A DNA stretch of 60,594 nucleotides, the filler included. It is 5 parts of 5 records of this genome, joined end to end, with 100 filler letters (N's around TTAATTAATTAA, not from the genome) between each part and the next. Parts side by side here need not be neighbours in the genome. Positions count along the whole stretch, not along the records: positions 1 to 18,868 come from DRR723986_564; 4 more parts are not named here. One strand, 5' to 3'. The notes under the pieces are model-generated. The model made no database searches, was not told where the DNA came from, and saw nothing but the letters and a program-made list of their open reading frames with translations. The translations under genes and the position numbers were made by a program. Of this stretch, positions 1 to 8,783 are shown one piece after another. The stretch's first letter is position 1, and each line of letters begins with the position of its first letter.

Positions 1-508
1 CCGACCAGATAAGCAAAGAATCTAAGGCAAATGGCATCATTGCGGATAATCACATTAAATTTTTACCCAATCTCCCCTTCCCTGATTTTTATTTGGTATT
101 TAATCGCGCTTTGAAAAGTTACCCCACCAATTTTTTACTCTAAGTTTCAAGTCTACAGAACACCCTCTCTTAAAATTATTTGAATCATACGGAAAACGGA
201 AATAATTCCTGTCGGGAAAAGCTGGGTAAAGGCTACTATTGTTACTGTTCTATTGACCATCAGTCTTCTCAAAAACATGCTGTAAAAATATCAGGGGCCC
301 TCGTTTCATTATTAGTAAAAACAGAAAGCAGAGTCATATATCAGAATATCAATAGCTAGATTAAACTCTCAGATATAGCATCCATTTACGGATTTCAACT
401 TGACTTTAACTTCAAACATGTCGGGTTTAAAAACATAGCTTCTTCGATATACCATCGGAGTAGCATCGTAGAAAGGTCGACTTGAAGACTTACCAAAGCT
501 TACCATTC

Positions 509-607
509 ACCACTGCTCCGCCCTAGCTTCTCCTTTGAACTTCCCTAAATCACTGGGAGACGTAAGGGAACTGCAAGGGAGGATTAAGGGAGCATCAAGG
601 GAGATAG
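509..607. repeat. 11-bp-periodic imperfect inverted array
   Basis: AAGGGA at 564, 575, 586 and 597 and CTGGGA at 553. Complementary-like units GCCCTA/TCCTTT/TCCCTA at 520, 531 and 542. All share the same 11-bp register. Confidence 0.65.
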
Positions 608-728
608 TACTGGCTTGATATAGATGAAACAATACCATAAGATGGATCACTAAGAGTACACCTGATAGATTGACAGCCGGGCATAAAGGATTCCCCCGTC
701 TGGGTGTAGTCGAATAGTCTTTTTGACT

Positions 729-777
729 GGGTGGGATTTGTAATTCCACCCTAATATTCTTACCAATTTGCAATTGG
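729..777. repeat. REP-like palindrome pair
   Basis: GGGTGGGATTTGTAATTCCACCC (729-751) and CCAATTTGCAATTGG (763-777) share an ATTTG(T/C)AAT core. Confidence 0.55.
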
Positions 778-1026
778 CCTTCCTACCTTACGCCCTTCTT
801 CTTCCCGATTCTCGTGACTCGCTCTGAAGAGAGAAGGTGATCGGTCCTGCTCCAGATGTAGATAAGAGATAAGTAGTAGATTGGTTGTTCCCGAATCGCT
901 TCCCTGCCGATTCGGTTCAGCTCGGGCAAACGAATTCGGGATCTTCGATTTCAATAACTAAAAGGCTTGAAGAAGAAATGGTAAAGTGAATACCTCAAAT
1001 AACGCTAGGTCATTCAGTTGCGAGAA

Positions 1027-1404
1027 TTACATCACTTTTGAAGCCAGATATCGTTGCACTTCATAGACATCAATGCTTTTATTGAAGCGCTTGCTGACCG
1101 AAGGCGTGTCTTCACTCGAAATCCAGATCTTCAGCTCCGCATCCAAATCAAAGGTGCCAGCGGTTTCCAGTGAAAACCTGGAAATACTCTTATAAGGCAT
1201 GGACTTGTACTCCACCTTGCTTCCTGTTAGTCCCTGCACATCTATCAAAATAAGACGCTTATCCGTAAACATAAACGTATCCCGAATAAGCTTGAATCCA
1301 AGTTCAATCTGCTCTCCTTCTGCTAGCAATCTTCCGAAATCCTTGCTCAGTTGCTCAACAGATACTTCGCTGGCATTGCCTAATATTTTATTGAATAATC
1401 CCAT
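1027..1404 (-). CDS. Bacterial PH domain protein (bPH_1, YvbH-like)
   Basis: 125 aa. RDTFMFTDKRLILIDVQG, SMPYKSI and ETAGTFDLDAELKIW are the family signature. Confidence 0.9.
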   Translation of the reverse strand: MGLFNKILGNASEVSVEQLSKDFGRLLAEGEQIELGFKLIRDTFMFTDKRLILIDVQGLTGSKVEYKSMPYKSISRFSLETAGTFDLDAELKIWISSEDTPSVSKRFNKSIDVYEVQRYLASKVM

Positions 1405-1565
1405 GATATAAAGTTGAGTTGGTTAATTGATCAAATTGAATGTTGTGATAATAAGCACTTAGGCCAGTAGACTTAATTTCACCGCTCTACTGTTCAGAGT
1501 CCTGATAATTTGAATACACTCTTAGAAATGGTAGCTGTAAGCTAAAGATTTTTTAGCTGGCACAT

Positions 1566-2051
1566 CTAGAAATTGAGCGAAAGTCTTGCTCCAGTTGCTG
1601 AAAAGGACAGGTTTAGTTCACTTCTATCCCAGACGGAACTTGCAGGAGCTCCTCTATTGTAAGTATCTACAGCAAATCTGGATTTTTTGACAAAGCTATT
1701 TGTAATAGGGATGGTTGCCACAAGTAATCCTGCGCCTATACCTGCGAGTGCCCAGTTTGGCTCACCGCCTGCCACAGCTGCTCCTATAGGCCAGCCAACC
1801 ATAAACCCTCCAGCAAAACCTATGATTGATGCCAGGGTATAGTTGGACTGTGCGGATTTTATTGATTTGTAAGCTTCTTGGTTTGTTTGCATGATATTCA
1901 CCAAGTTTCCAAGTTGTACCCTTGTGTCTCCCTGATAAAATTTATACCCCCAAAAACTTTTCCTAATCGTGAGGGAATCTTTAGCAACCTGCCCAAAGGA
2001 AGCAGTAAACGAAAGGATTAGAAAAGAAAGAATAAGTAAACTTGTTTTCAT
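1566..2051 (-). CDS. Hypothetical exported/membrane protein
   Basis: 161 aa. N-terminal signal peptide, two Gly-rich hydrophobic segments, C-terminal amphipathic strand ending in F. Confidence 0.75.
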   Translation of the reverse strand: MKTSLLILSFLILSFTASFGQVAKDSLTIRKSFWGYKFYQGDTRVQLGNLVNIMQTNQEAYKSIKSAQSNYTLASIIGFAGGFMVGWPIGAAVAGGEPNWALAGIGAGLLVATIPITNSFVKKSRFAVDTYNRGAPASSVWDRSELNLSFSATGARLSLNF

Positions 2052-2172
2052 AAATAAATCAGCTGGATTTAAGCTGAAAAGCTAAACTAATTTCATAATA
2101 AATTAAATGTGATTCCTAGAAAAAAGAATGTAAGAACAAGAAATAAGCAGTAAGGCTGGATCAAATTCCTTA

Positions 2173-2180
2173 TACCTTTG
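2173..2180 (+). promoter_or_regulatory. Bacteroidota primary-sigma -7 element (TAnnTTTG)
   Basis: TACCTTTG lies 4 nt before the ATG at 2185. Confidence 0.6.
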
Positions 2181-2184
2181 CCCC

Positions 2185-2403
2185 ATGGACCAACAAATCC
2201 TTATTGATCTGGTGACTAAAAAAATGCCTTATGGAAAGTATAAAGGCCGATTACTATGCGATGTACCAGAACACTACTTGGTATGGATGTACGGCCAAGG
2301 ATTTCCAGAAGGCAAACTAGGTATGTGGCTGCACACCCTTTATGAAATCCGACTCAATGGATTGGAAGGAATTCTTGCGGAACTAAAAAAGCGATATGCT
2401 TAA
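2185..2403 (+). CDS. DUF3820 family protein
   Basis: 72 aa. KMPYGKYKGRLLCDVPEHYLVW...FPEGKLG...YEIRLNGLE. Confidence 0.85.
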   Translation: MDQQILIDLVTKKMPYGKYKGRLLCDVPEHYLVWMYGQGFPEGKLGMWLHTLYEIRLNGLEGILAELKKRYA

Positions 2404-2480
2404 AGCCTGTTCCTTTAATCATTAAAAACTTGCACTAAGAATAGACGCTTCAACTATAGAAGGACAAAATATTCACCAAA

Positions 2481-2511
2481 AAAGGCTGTCTCATCTCTGA
2501 AACAGCCTCTT
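2481..2511. terminator. Stem-loop between convergent DUF3820 and aspS; probable intrinsic terminator for the minus-strand aspS transcript
   Basis: AGGCTGTCTCA-TCTC-TGAAACAGCCT preceded by an A-run, which is a U-run on the minus strand. Confidence 0.6.
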
Positions 2512-2532
2512 GTATAAGTTTATTCGTATTCA

Positions 2533-2590
2533 GGCGAATCATCATTCGCCCTTACTCTTTAGCGCCTCGGACTGTGTCCCCACAGACCGA
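2533..2590. repeat. Two REP-like hairpins
   Basis: GGCGAAT-CATC-ATTCGCC (2533-2550) followed by CTTAC, and TCGGACTGTG-TCCC-CACAGACCGA (2567-2590). Confidence 0.6.
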
Positions 2591-2600
2591 AAAGTTTATA

Positions 2601-4361
2601 TTATGATTTAGCCACTACAGCCAATTGTATCGATAATTCTTTCAATTGCTCGTCCGCAATGCTGCTTGGAGAATCGATCATCACGTCACGACCCGAGTTA
2701 TTTTTCGGGAAGGCGATGTAATCACGAATGGAATCTGATCCACCGAAAATCGCACACAATCTATCAAATCCGAAAGCTATCCCTCCGTGTGGTGGGGCTC
2801 CATATTCGAAAGCTTCCATCAGGAATCCGAATTGCTTTTGCGCCTCCTCATCTGAGAATCCAAGATGCTTGAACATCAATTGCTGAGTAGCTCTATCGTG
2901 AATACGGATAGAACCGCCGCCAATTTCCACACCATTGATAACCAAATCATATGCATTTGCTCTCACCGCTCCAGGATCTGAATCCAGCAAAGGAATATCC
3001 TCTGTCTTAGGAGAAGTAAATGGATGGTGCATAGCATGGTATCGGTTAGTCTCCTCATCCCACTCCAACAAAGGAAAGTCCATTACCCAAAGTGGTTTGA
3101 AAACGTTGCGATCACGGAGACCTAGCTCTTCACCCATTTTCAGACGTAGTTCGGAAAGTTGCTTTCGAACCTTATCTGCATCTCCACTCAAGATCAACAT
3201 CAGGTCACCCTGAGTCGCTCCGAATGCATCTGCCCAATCCTGAAGATCGTCAGCAGAATAGAATTTATCTACAGAAGACTTAATTGTGCCGTCAGCATTA
3301 TATTTGGCATAAACCATACCTTTAGCTCCGATCTGAGGGCGTTTCACCCACTCAGTCAGTGCGTCAATTTGCTTTCTGGTATACTCCGCAGCTCCTTTTG
3401 CACAGATACCCACTACCAATTCAGCTTGGTCAAAAATGCTAAAGCCTTTGCCTTGAGCCAATTCATTTAGCTCTACGAATTTCATATCAAAACGAAGATC
3501 TGGCTTATCGTTACCATAATATTTCATGGCATCTGCATAAGTCATTCGCTTCACTTCTTCCAACTCCACTCCCTTCACTTTGCTAAACAAATGCTTAGTC
3601 AGGCCTTCGAAGGTATTTAGAATATCTTCCTGAGTTACGAAAGCCATTTCACAGTCTATCTGAGTAAACTCAGGTTGACGATCCGCTCTCAAATCCTCAT
3701 CACGGAAACATTTTACGATCTGGAAATATCGGTCAAAACCAGAAACCATCAGCAATTGCTTGAAGGTCTGCGGAGATTGCGGCAAAGCATAAAATTCACC
3801 AGGATTGGTACGGCTAGGTACGACAAAATCGCGTGCCCCCTCTGGAGTGGACTTAATTAAAACTGGGGTTTCCACCTCAATAAATTCCTGCGCATCCATG
3901 TATTTACGAGTCTCCTGCATCATTTTATGACGCAGTTGAAGCTTCTCACGAACTACATTTCTACGAAGATCCAAGTATCTGTATTTCATACGAAGCTCTT
4001 CGCCACCGTCAGTTTCATCTTCGATGATAAACGGAGGAACTTTCGCAGCATTCAACACTTCAAGTGCAGTTACTTTGATTTCTATAGATCCTGTTGGGAT
4101 TTTATCGTTTTTGGAAGTCCGCTCGATTACTTTGCCAGTAGCCTGCACCACAAACTCACGACCAAGTTCTGCAGCTTTTTCCAACAATGCTTTTTCGCTA
4201 GAGTCCTCTTCAAAAATCAATTGAGTCAACCCGTAACGGTCGCGAAGATCGACCCAGATGAGCCCTCCTTTATTTCTTACCCGCTGAACCCAGCCAGCAA
4301 GGGTAACTTCTTGATTAACGTGATCCAGGCGTAGTTCGCCACAAGTATGCGTTCTCAGCAT
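2601..4361 (-). CDS. aspS: Aspartate--tRNA ligase
   Basis: 586 aa. [41 protein letters not shown] and [15 protein letters not shown]. Confidence 0.99.
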   Translation of the reverse strand: MLRTHTCGELRLDHVNQEVTLAGWVQRVRNKGGLIWVDLRDRYGLTQLIFEEDSSEKALLEKAAELGREFVVQATGKVIERTSKNDKIPTGSIEIKVTALEVLNAAKVPPFIIEDETDGGEELRMKYRYLDLRRNVVREKLQLRHKMMQETRKYMDAQEFIEVETPVLIKSTPEGARDFVVPSRTNPGEFYALPQSPQTFKQLLMVSGFDRYFQIVKCFRDEDLRADRQPEFTQIDCEMAFVTQEDILNTFEGLTKHLFSKVKGVELEEVKRMTYADAMKYYGNDKPDLRFDMKFVELNELAQGKGFSIFDQAELVVGICAKGAAEYTRKQIDALTEWVKRPQIGAKGMVYAKYNADGTIKSSVDKFYSADDLQDWADAFGATQGDLMLILSGDADKVRKQLSELRLKMGEELGLRDRNVFKPLWVMDFPLLEWDEETNRYHAMHHPFTSPKTEDIPLLDSDPGAVRANAYDLVINGVEIGGGSIRIHDRATQQLMFKHLGFSDEEAQKQFGFLMEAFEYGAPPHGGIAFGFDRLCAIFGGSDSIRDYIAFPKNNSGRDVMIDSPSSIADEQLKELSIQLAVVAKS

Positions 4362-4386
4362 GTTAATTTAGTTTTTTTTGGGATGT

Positions 4387-4394
4387 CAAAGATA
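4387..4394 (-). promoter_or_regulatory. Bacteroidota -7 promoter element for aspS
   Basis: TATCTTTG on the minus strand about 25 nt upstream of the aspS ATG. Confidence 0.55.
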
Positions 4395-4570
4395 AAGAAA
4401 TGACAGTCAGAACACAGGAATCATTGGATGATTAGCAATAATTTCAGTGATTTCCTTCCATTTTTCCTGAAAAACCAGACTATTCTTTATGAAAATTGAA
4501 ATAAGATGAAGACTTGTGATTTATGTAGCTATCAAAAATTACATGAATATCCAAGATAAATACTCCCAGT

Positions 4571-4690
4571 TCGACTTCGCTCGGTGTCCGCTTGGCTAGT
4601 GCTTGAGCATGGAGGGGAGAAGTGCAGTTTTTCCGCTCCTATCCACTTCTTATCTACCCTAATTATATCTCGGTGGTGGAGCGAAGTCGA
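4571..4690. repeat. REP-doublet/MITE-like element with 12-bp perfect inverted ends
   Basis: TCGACTTCGCTC (4571-4582) and GAGCGAAGTCGA (4679-4690) flank a 96-bp spacer. Confidence 0.65.
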
Positions 4691-4882
4691 GGCCTAATGG
4701 GAATTCTTAGTCATTGTTTTAATTGCCGAAAAAATTTTTTTATGAAATATTCAGGCACTATTCATCGTTGGTATGATAGTTGGAAAGGAGCGATCGAAAG
4801 GTTTATACCCCAAAACTTGGATTAAAAGCCCTTTTTTGCTTGATTGAGTTAAATTTCACCTCCCCCAAATAGAATTAGATTA

Positions 4883-6190
4883 ATGAAAAAGATCTGGATA
4901 GGAATTGCTGCACTCGTTATCACCATTGGCGCAGCATCTTCACTCCAATTTTTCGACCTGCCTTTTCAGAAAGAAAAGGAAGCTGAGATCGTAGAACCAC
5001 CGCTCATTGATTCCCTTGCGAACCAAGTGTTTCTTTACGGAATCAACGTCACCGGGTTGAATATTGTAGAAGGAACCGTGAGTAAAAACCAAACTTTAGG
5101 GTCTATCCTAGCGCCTTTCAACGTCCCTTATCAGATTATCGATCAGATAGCCAAAAAATCAAAGGAGATTTTTGACGTAAGAGGGATAGCAGCAAACAAG
5201 AAATTTACGGTAGTTACTCCTGCTGATTCAGCTCAGGCAGCATTTTTCATTTACGAGCCAAATCCAGCTGAATATGTAGTCTTCAACCTGGACTCCATAG
5301 ATATTTATAAAGCAGAGAAACCCGCAGAATACAGAACCAAGGAAGCTGGCGGAATTATCAATTCCAATCTTTCAGCTGACATGACTGGTCTTGGAATAAC
5401 TTATGATATTATTGATCAATTTGCCGATCTATATGGTTGGTCTATTGACTTTGGAGCTTTGCAAAAAGGCGACAAGTTTAAAGTATCCTACCAGGAGAAA
5501 GTAATTGACGGAGTAGTCGTTGGCGTTTCAGACATTCAAACAGCTTTTTTCGAACACAAAGGAACCCCTTATTATGCGATTCCTTTTGAGCAAAACGGAG
5601 AAGTAGCTTTCTTCGATCAAAATGGAGACAGCTTCAAGAAAGCATTTTTGAGAGATCCACTGAAATACTCGAGAATAAGCTCTAGGTATAGCCTGAAAAG
5701 ATTCCATCCAGTTCAAAAACGCTATAAAGCTCACTTGGGTACAGATTACGCTGCCCCAACTGGCACGGAAATCCGCTCTGTGGGAGAAGGAACGGTAATA
5801 GATGCCCGTTATACTTCAGCAAATGGTAATTATGTAAAGATCAAGCATAACGGCACCTACACTACCCAATATTTACACATGTCTAAAATTGCCAAAGGCA
5901 TCAAGCCTGGAACGCGAATTAAACAAGGTCAAGTAATTGGATATGTGGGAAGCACTGGCTTGGCAACTGGCCCGCACCTTTGCTTTAGATTTTGGAAAAA
6001 TGGCAAACAGGAAGATTGGTTGAGAGAGAAGATTCCACCTTCCGAGCCTATTTCTTCTGCTAACAAACTTGCATTTGAATCTACCAAAGCTGAATATATG
6101 GATAGATTGGCAACAATTATTATTCCAGGTGAACCAGCGCGATTAGTGGCCGAGACTCCAAAGCCAGTTGTGCCAGGTAAAAGCGAGTAG
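4883..6190 (+). CDS. M23 family peptidoglycan DD-metalloendopeptidase (MepM-like)
   Basis: 435 aa. N-terminal anchor; HLGTD, YLHMS and GLATGPHLCF zinc motifs. Confidence 0.95.
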   Translation: MKKIWIGIAALVITIGAASSLQFFDLPFQKEKEAEIVEPPLIDSLANQVFLYGINVTGLNIVEGTVSKNQTLGSILAPFNVPYQIIDQIAKKSKEIFDVRGIAANKKFTVVTPADSAQAAFFIYEPNPAEYVVFNLDSIDIYKAEKPAEYRTKEAGGIINSNLSADMTGLGITYDIIDQFADLYGWSIDFGALQKGDKFKVSYQEKVIDGVVVGVSDIQTAFFEHKGTPYYAIPFEQNGEVAFFDQNGDSFKKAFLRDPLKYSRISSRYSLKRFHPVQKRYKAHLGTDYAAPTGTEIRSVGEGTVIDARYTSANGNYVKIKHNGTYTTQYLHMSKIAKGIKPGTRIKQGQVIGYVGSTGLATGPHLCFRFWKNGKQEDWLREKIPPSEPISSANKLAFESTKAEYMDRLATIIIPGEPARLVAETPKPVVPGKSE

Positions 6191-6213
6191 AATTTCAAAC
6201 ACATCATTTCAAT

Positions 6214-6244
6214 AGCGCAGGTCTTCGGGCTTGCGCTTTTTTTT
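6214..6244 (+). terminator. Intrinsic terminator after the M23 gene
   Basis: AGCGCAGGTC-TTCG-GGCTTGCGCT followed by a T-run. Confidence 0.85.
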
Positions 6245-6353
6245 AACCGCAAAGTGCCCAAAGGTTTCGCAGAGAACGCAACTTATTTGGATTTGAGTGA
6301 TTCAAATTATCCAGTAGCGCTCTCTGCGAAACCCTCTGCGTTCACCGCGGTAA
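6243..6353. repeat. MITE-like long imperfect inverted repeat
   Basis: GGTTTCGCAGAGA (6263-6275) pairs perfectly with TCTCTGCGAAACC (6321-6333). Outer ends are TTAACCGC and GCGGTAAA. A degenerate left-arm copy lies at about 7136-7172. Confidence 0.65.
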
Positions 6354-6398
6354 ATAACATTTACGTAACTTGCAGCCAGAATCCATTCTAGATTTCCA

Positions 6399-7130
6399 GT
6401 GGCAGAAGATCAATACATACGAATCAATAAATACCTGAGTGAAGTTGGATTTTGCTCTCGACGCGGAGCGGACAAACTTCTGGAAGAAGGCCGAATTACC
6501 ATCAATGGAAAGGTCCCTGAACTTGGTACTAAAGTAGGTCCGACCGATGTAGTAGCTGTGGATGGGGAACCCGTAGGAAAGCCAAAACAAGTACATACCT
6601 ATATTGCTTTTAATAAACCAGTAGGAATAGTAAGCACCACTGACACTAAAGGTGAAAAGGACAATATCATTGACTACATTGGCCATCCACAGCGGATTTT
6701 TCCAATTGGCCGTCTGGATAAAGACAGTGAAGGATTGATTTTTTTAACCAGTGAAGGAGATATTGTAAATAAGATTCTCCGCTCCAAAAACAACCACGAA
6801 AAGGAATATATAGTAACTGTAGATCGACCGGTGAATGATGAGTTTATCAGGTTAATGGGAGCCGGAGTACCCATACTAAACACAGTGACTGATCCTTGTA
6901 AAGTAGAACGCATCAGTAAATTCAAGTTCAGAATTACCCTCACTCAAGGACTCAATCGGCAAATCCGGAGAATGTGCGAGCATTTTGGATTCAAAGTAGT
7001 ACAGCTGAAACGAATCAGAATCATGAATGTGCACTTGGATATTCCAGTTGGAAAATGGCGTGATTTGACTGATAAGGAAATGTCAGAAATCAATGATATG
7101 ATTTCCGATAGTTCGAAGACTTTTGATTGA
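6399..7130 (+). CDS. rluF: 23S rRNA pseudouridine synthase, RsuA family (RluF-like)
   Basis: 243 aa. S4 domain [15 protein letters not shown], catalytic [27 protein letters not shown]. Confidence 0.9.
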   Translation: MAEDQYIRINKYLSEVGFCSRRGADKLLEEGRITINGKVPELGTKVGPTDVVAVDGEPVGKPKQVHTYIAFNKPVGIVSTTDTKGEKDNIIDYIGHPQRIFPIGRLDKDSEGLIFLTSEGDIVNKILRSKNNHEKEYIVTVDRPVNDEFIRLMGAGVPILNTVTDPCKVERISKFKFRITLTQGLNRQIRRMCEHFGFKVVQLKRIRIMNVHLDIPVGKWRDLTDKEMSEINDMISDSSKTFD

Positions 7131-7191
7131 AGGTATTAACCGCTGAGTCCACGGAGGACTCGCAGAGGGTGCAGTTTTCATTCTTTCTGCT

Positions 7192-7334
7192 GTACTGCTT
7201 TTCCAGAAGCACGTTATTATGAATTCTCGATCTCGAGCTATAGAGATACTCAAACTGACAGGTTATTCGTTGTGCTGCTTCTCCAGAAGCTGCACTTATC
7301 CGCGTAAAAAATGCTGCTTCTGGAGAAGCAGCAT
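7192..7334. repeat. Cluster of three REP-like palindromes
   Basis: GTACTGCTTTTCCAGAAGCAC (7192-7212), GTGCTGCTTCTCCAGAAGCTGCAC (7272-7295) and the inverted ATGCTGCTTCTGGAGAAGCAGCAT (7311-7334). Confidence 0.8.
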
Positions 7335-7352
7335 CACTCAAAATACTAGAAT

Positions 7353-8204
7353 CTATTTCTGATAAACCCTTACATAATCCACTACATATTCTTTAGGAAA
7401 AGTGGTTGCGCTAGGATCACCACCATTGTTACCTCCAATGGCAAGGTTTAACAATATATAATGAGGCTGATGAAAAGGGTTAAAACCATCAGGATTGATA
7501 GTTCTCGCTAGATCCACCTCATTGAGCAATTCATCATCAAGATAAATTTTGATGGATTGTTCATTCCATTCCATTCTCCAGAGATGGAATTTATTTGGCC
7601 AATCTGGGTCTTTTTTCAAAAAGTCGGTGAATGGGATTTTAGCGTTATCCCATTTTGCATTGTATTGCCCTTCGTCTGCCCAAGCTGCATTTGCCAAGAT
7701 GGTAGCTTCCCCTTTCACCCTATAATATTCCATTACATCGATCTCACCGTTTGATGGCCATGGTTTGGAAATCCCTAATGTCCATATCGCAGGCCACATC
7801 CCCATAGATGTGTCGATTTTAGCCCGAACTTCCATGATTCCGTACTGAAACTCATACTTTCCACGCGTATTGATACTGGATGATGTGTATTCTGCAAATT
7901 TCCGATTTCTCTTCCAATCCTTACTATCCGGATCAAAATTGGGATTATTGAGTAGCTCTCTTTTTCCAGTGATGATTAACTTTCCGTCTTTTACAGTTGC
8001 ATTTGGTTCCTGGTACCATTGCAGCTCATTGTTTCTCTTGAAACCTTTTTCAAAAGACCAAAACTCTGGGTTAACCTGACCTGAGTTTTCAAATTCTTCC
8101 TGCCAGACTAATTTATAGCCAGCACTTGTAGGATCGAATTGCGCTTGTGCTACAGTAGCAGTGCCAAGAGAAAATATTAGAAAGAAAAGTTTGTGCTTAA
8201 TCAT
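7353..8204 (-). CDS. Glycoside hydrolase family 16 (laminarinase-like), secreted
   Basis: 283 aa. Signal peptide; LVWQEEF, WPAIWTLG, catalytic GEIDVMEY (ExDxxE), VDYVRVYQ. Confidence 0.95.
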   Translation of the reverse strand: MIKHKLFFLIFSLGTATVAQAQFDPTSAGYKLVWQEEFENSGQVNPEFWSFEKGFKRNNELQWYQEPNATVKDGKLIITGKRELLNNPNFDPDSKDWKRNRKFAEYTSSSINTRGKYEFQYGIMEVRAKIDTSMGMWPAIWTLGISKPWPSNGEIDVMEYYRVKGEATILANAAWADEGQYNAKWDNAKIPFTDFLKKDPDWPNKFHLWRMEWNEQSIKIYLDDELLNEVDLARTINPDGFNPFHQPHYILLNLAIGGNNGGDPSATTFPKEYVVDYVRVYQK

Positions 8205-8350
8205 TTTAAGAGATTTTGGGTTAAAAGGGAACGATCAAGATAAGCCCAAAATCTATTCTACAAAAGGTAATTTATTTTAGACTGGACAAGCCAGCAATAT
8301 CATTTGATCAATAAAAAGTATAATTAATAGCACAAAAACGGATTCTGATA

Positions 8351-8358
8351 TACCTTTG
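8351..8358 (+). promoter_or_regulatory. Bacteroidota -7 promoter element for the putative copper operon
   Basis: TACCTTTG lies 6 nt before the ATG at 8365, implying a nearly leaderless transcript. Confidence 0.6.
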
Positions 8359-8364
8359 TGCCAA

Positions 8365-8739
8365 ATGCTTAAAAGCACATTTTATATATGGCTTTGCGCT
8401 GTTCTAATCATGAACAGCATGGTGTATTCGGTGATCAAAGTGAGTTTCACGATGAATCAGAAATACATCATAGACAATTTCTGTATCAATACAGACAAGC
8501 CAATGATGAACTGTGATGGAAAATGTTACCTCGCAACTAAACTTAAAGAAGAGCAAGAAAGACAGGAAAATAAAACTGCACTTACATTTAGTCAGGACTT
8601 TGGGGTTTACATCCAAAACCCGACATTGAGCTATCAGCATCCTTCAAATTCCAATGAGCCTTTTGCTCATCAATCTTTTTACCAAAACTGGTTTGGCCAA
8701 ACCAACACTACAGAAATCGACCATCCACCGCAAGTGTGA
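8365..8739 (+). CDS. Small Cys-motif protein ending in HPP; putative metal-responsive leader protein
   Basis: Start moved to the ATG at 8365. Hydrophobic N-terminus, FCINTDKPMMNCDGKCYL (C-x9-C-x3-C), C-terminal IDHPPQV. First gene of the operon. Confidence 0.75.
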   Translation: MLKSTFYIWLCAVLIMNSMVYSVIKVSFTMNQKYIIDNFCINTDKPMMNCDGKCYLATKLKEEQERQENKTALTFSQDFGVYIQNPTLSYQHPSNSNEPFAHQSFYQNWFGQTNTTEIDHPPQV

Positions 8740-8783
8740 TTTTTTGATCGAGTAACAGATTTCTTATTTCAAAATTACATTTC

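Noticed and set aside
509-607. Possible CRISPR or mini-array
   Set aside because: Units are 11 bp with 5-nt variable parts, far too short, and no cas genes are present.
507-954. ORFs 507-773 and 760-954 (minus)
   Set aside because: TTG starts, no recognisable motifs, and they run through repeat and hairpin DNA.
7192-7334. Possible CRISPR array from three 24-bp palindromic repeats
   Set aside because: Spacing is irregular, one copy is inverted and the copies are degenerate; this fits REP elements.
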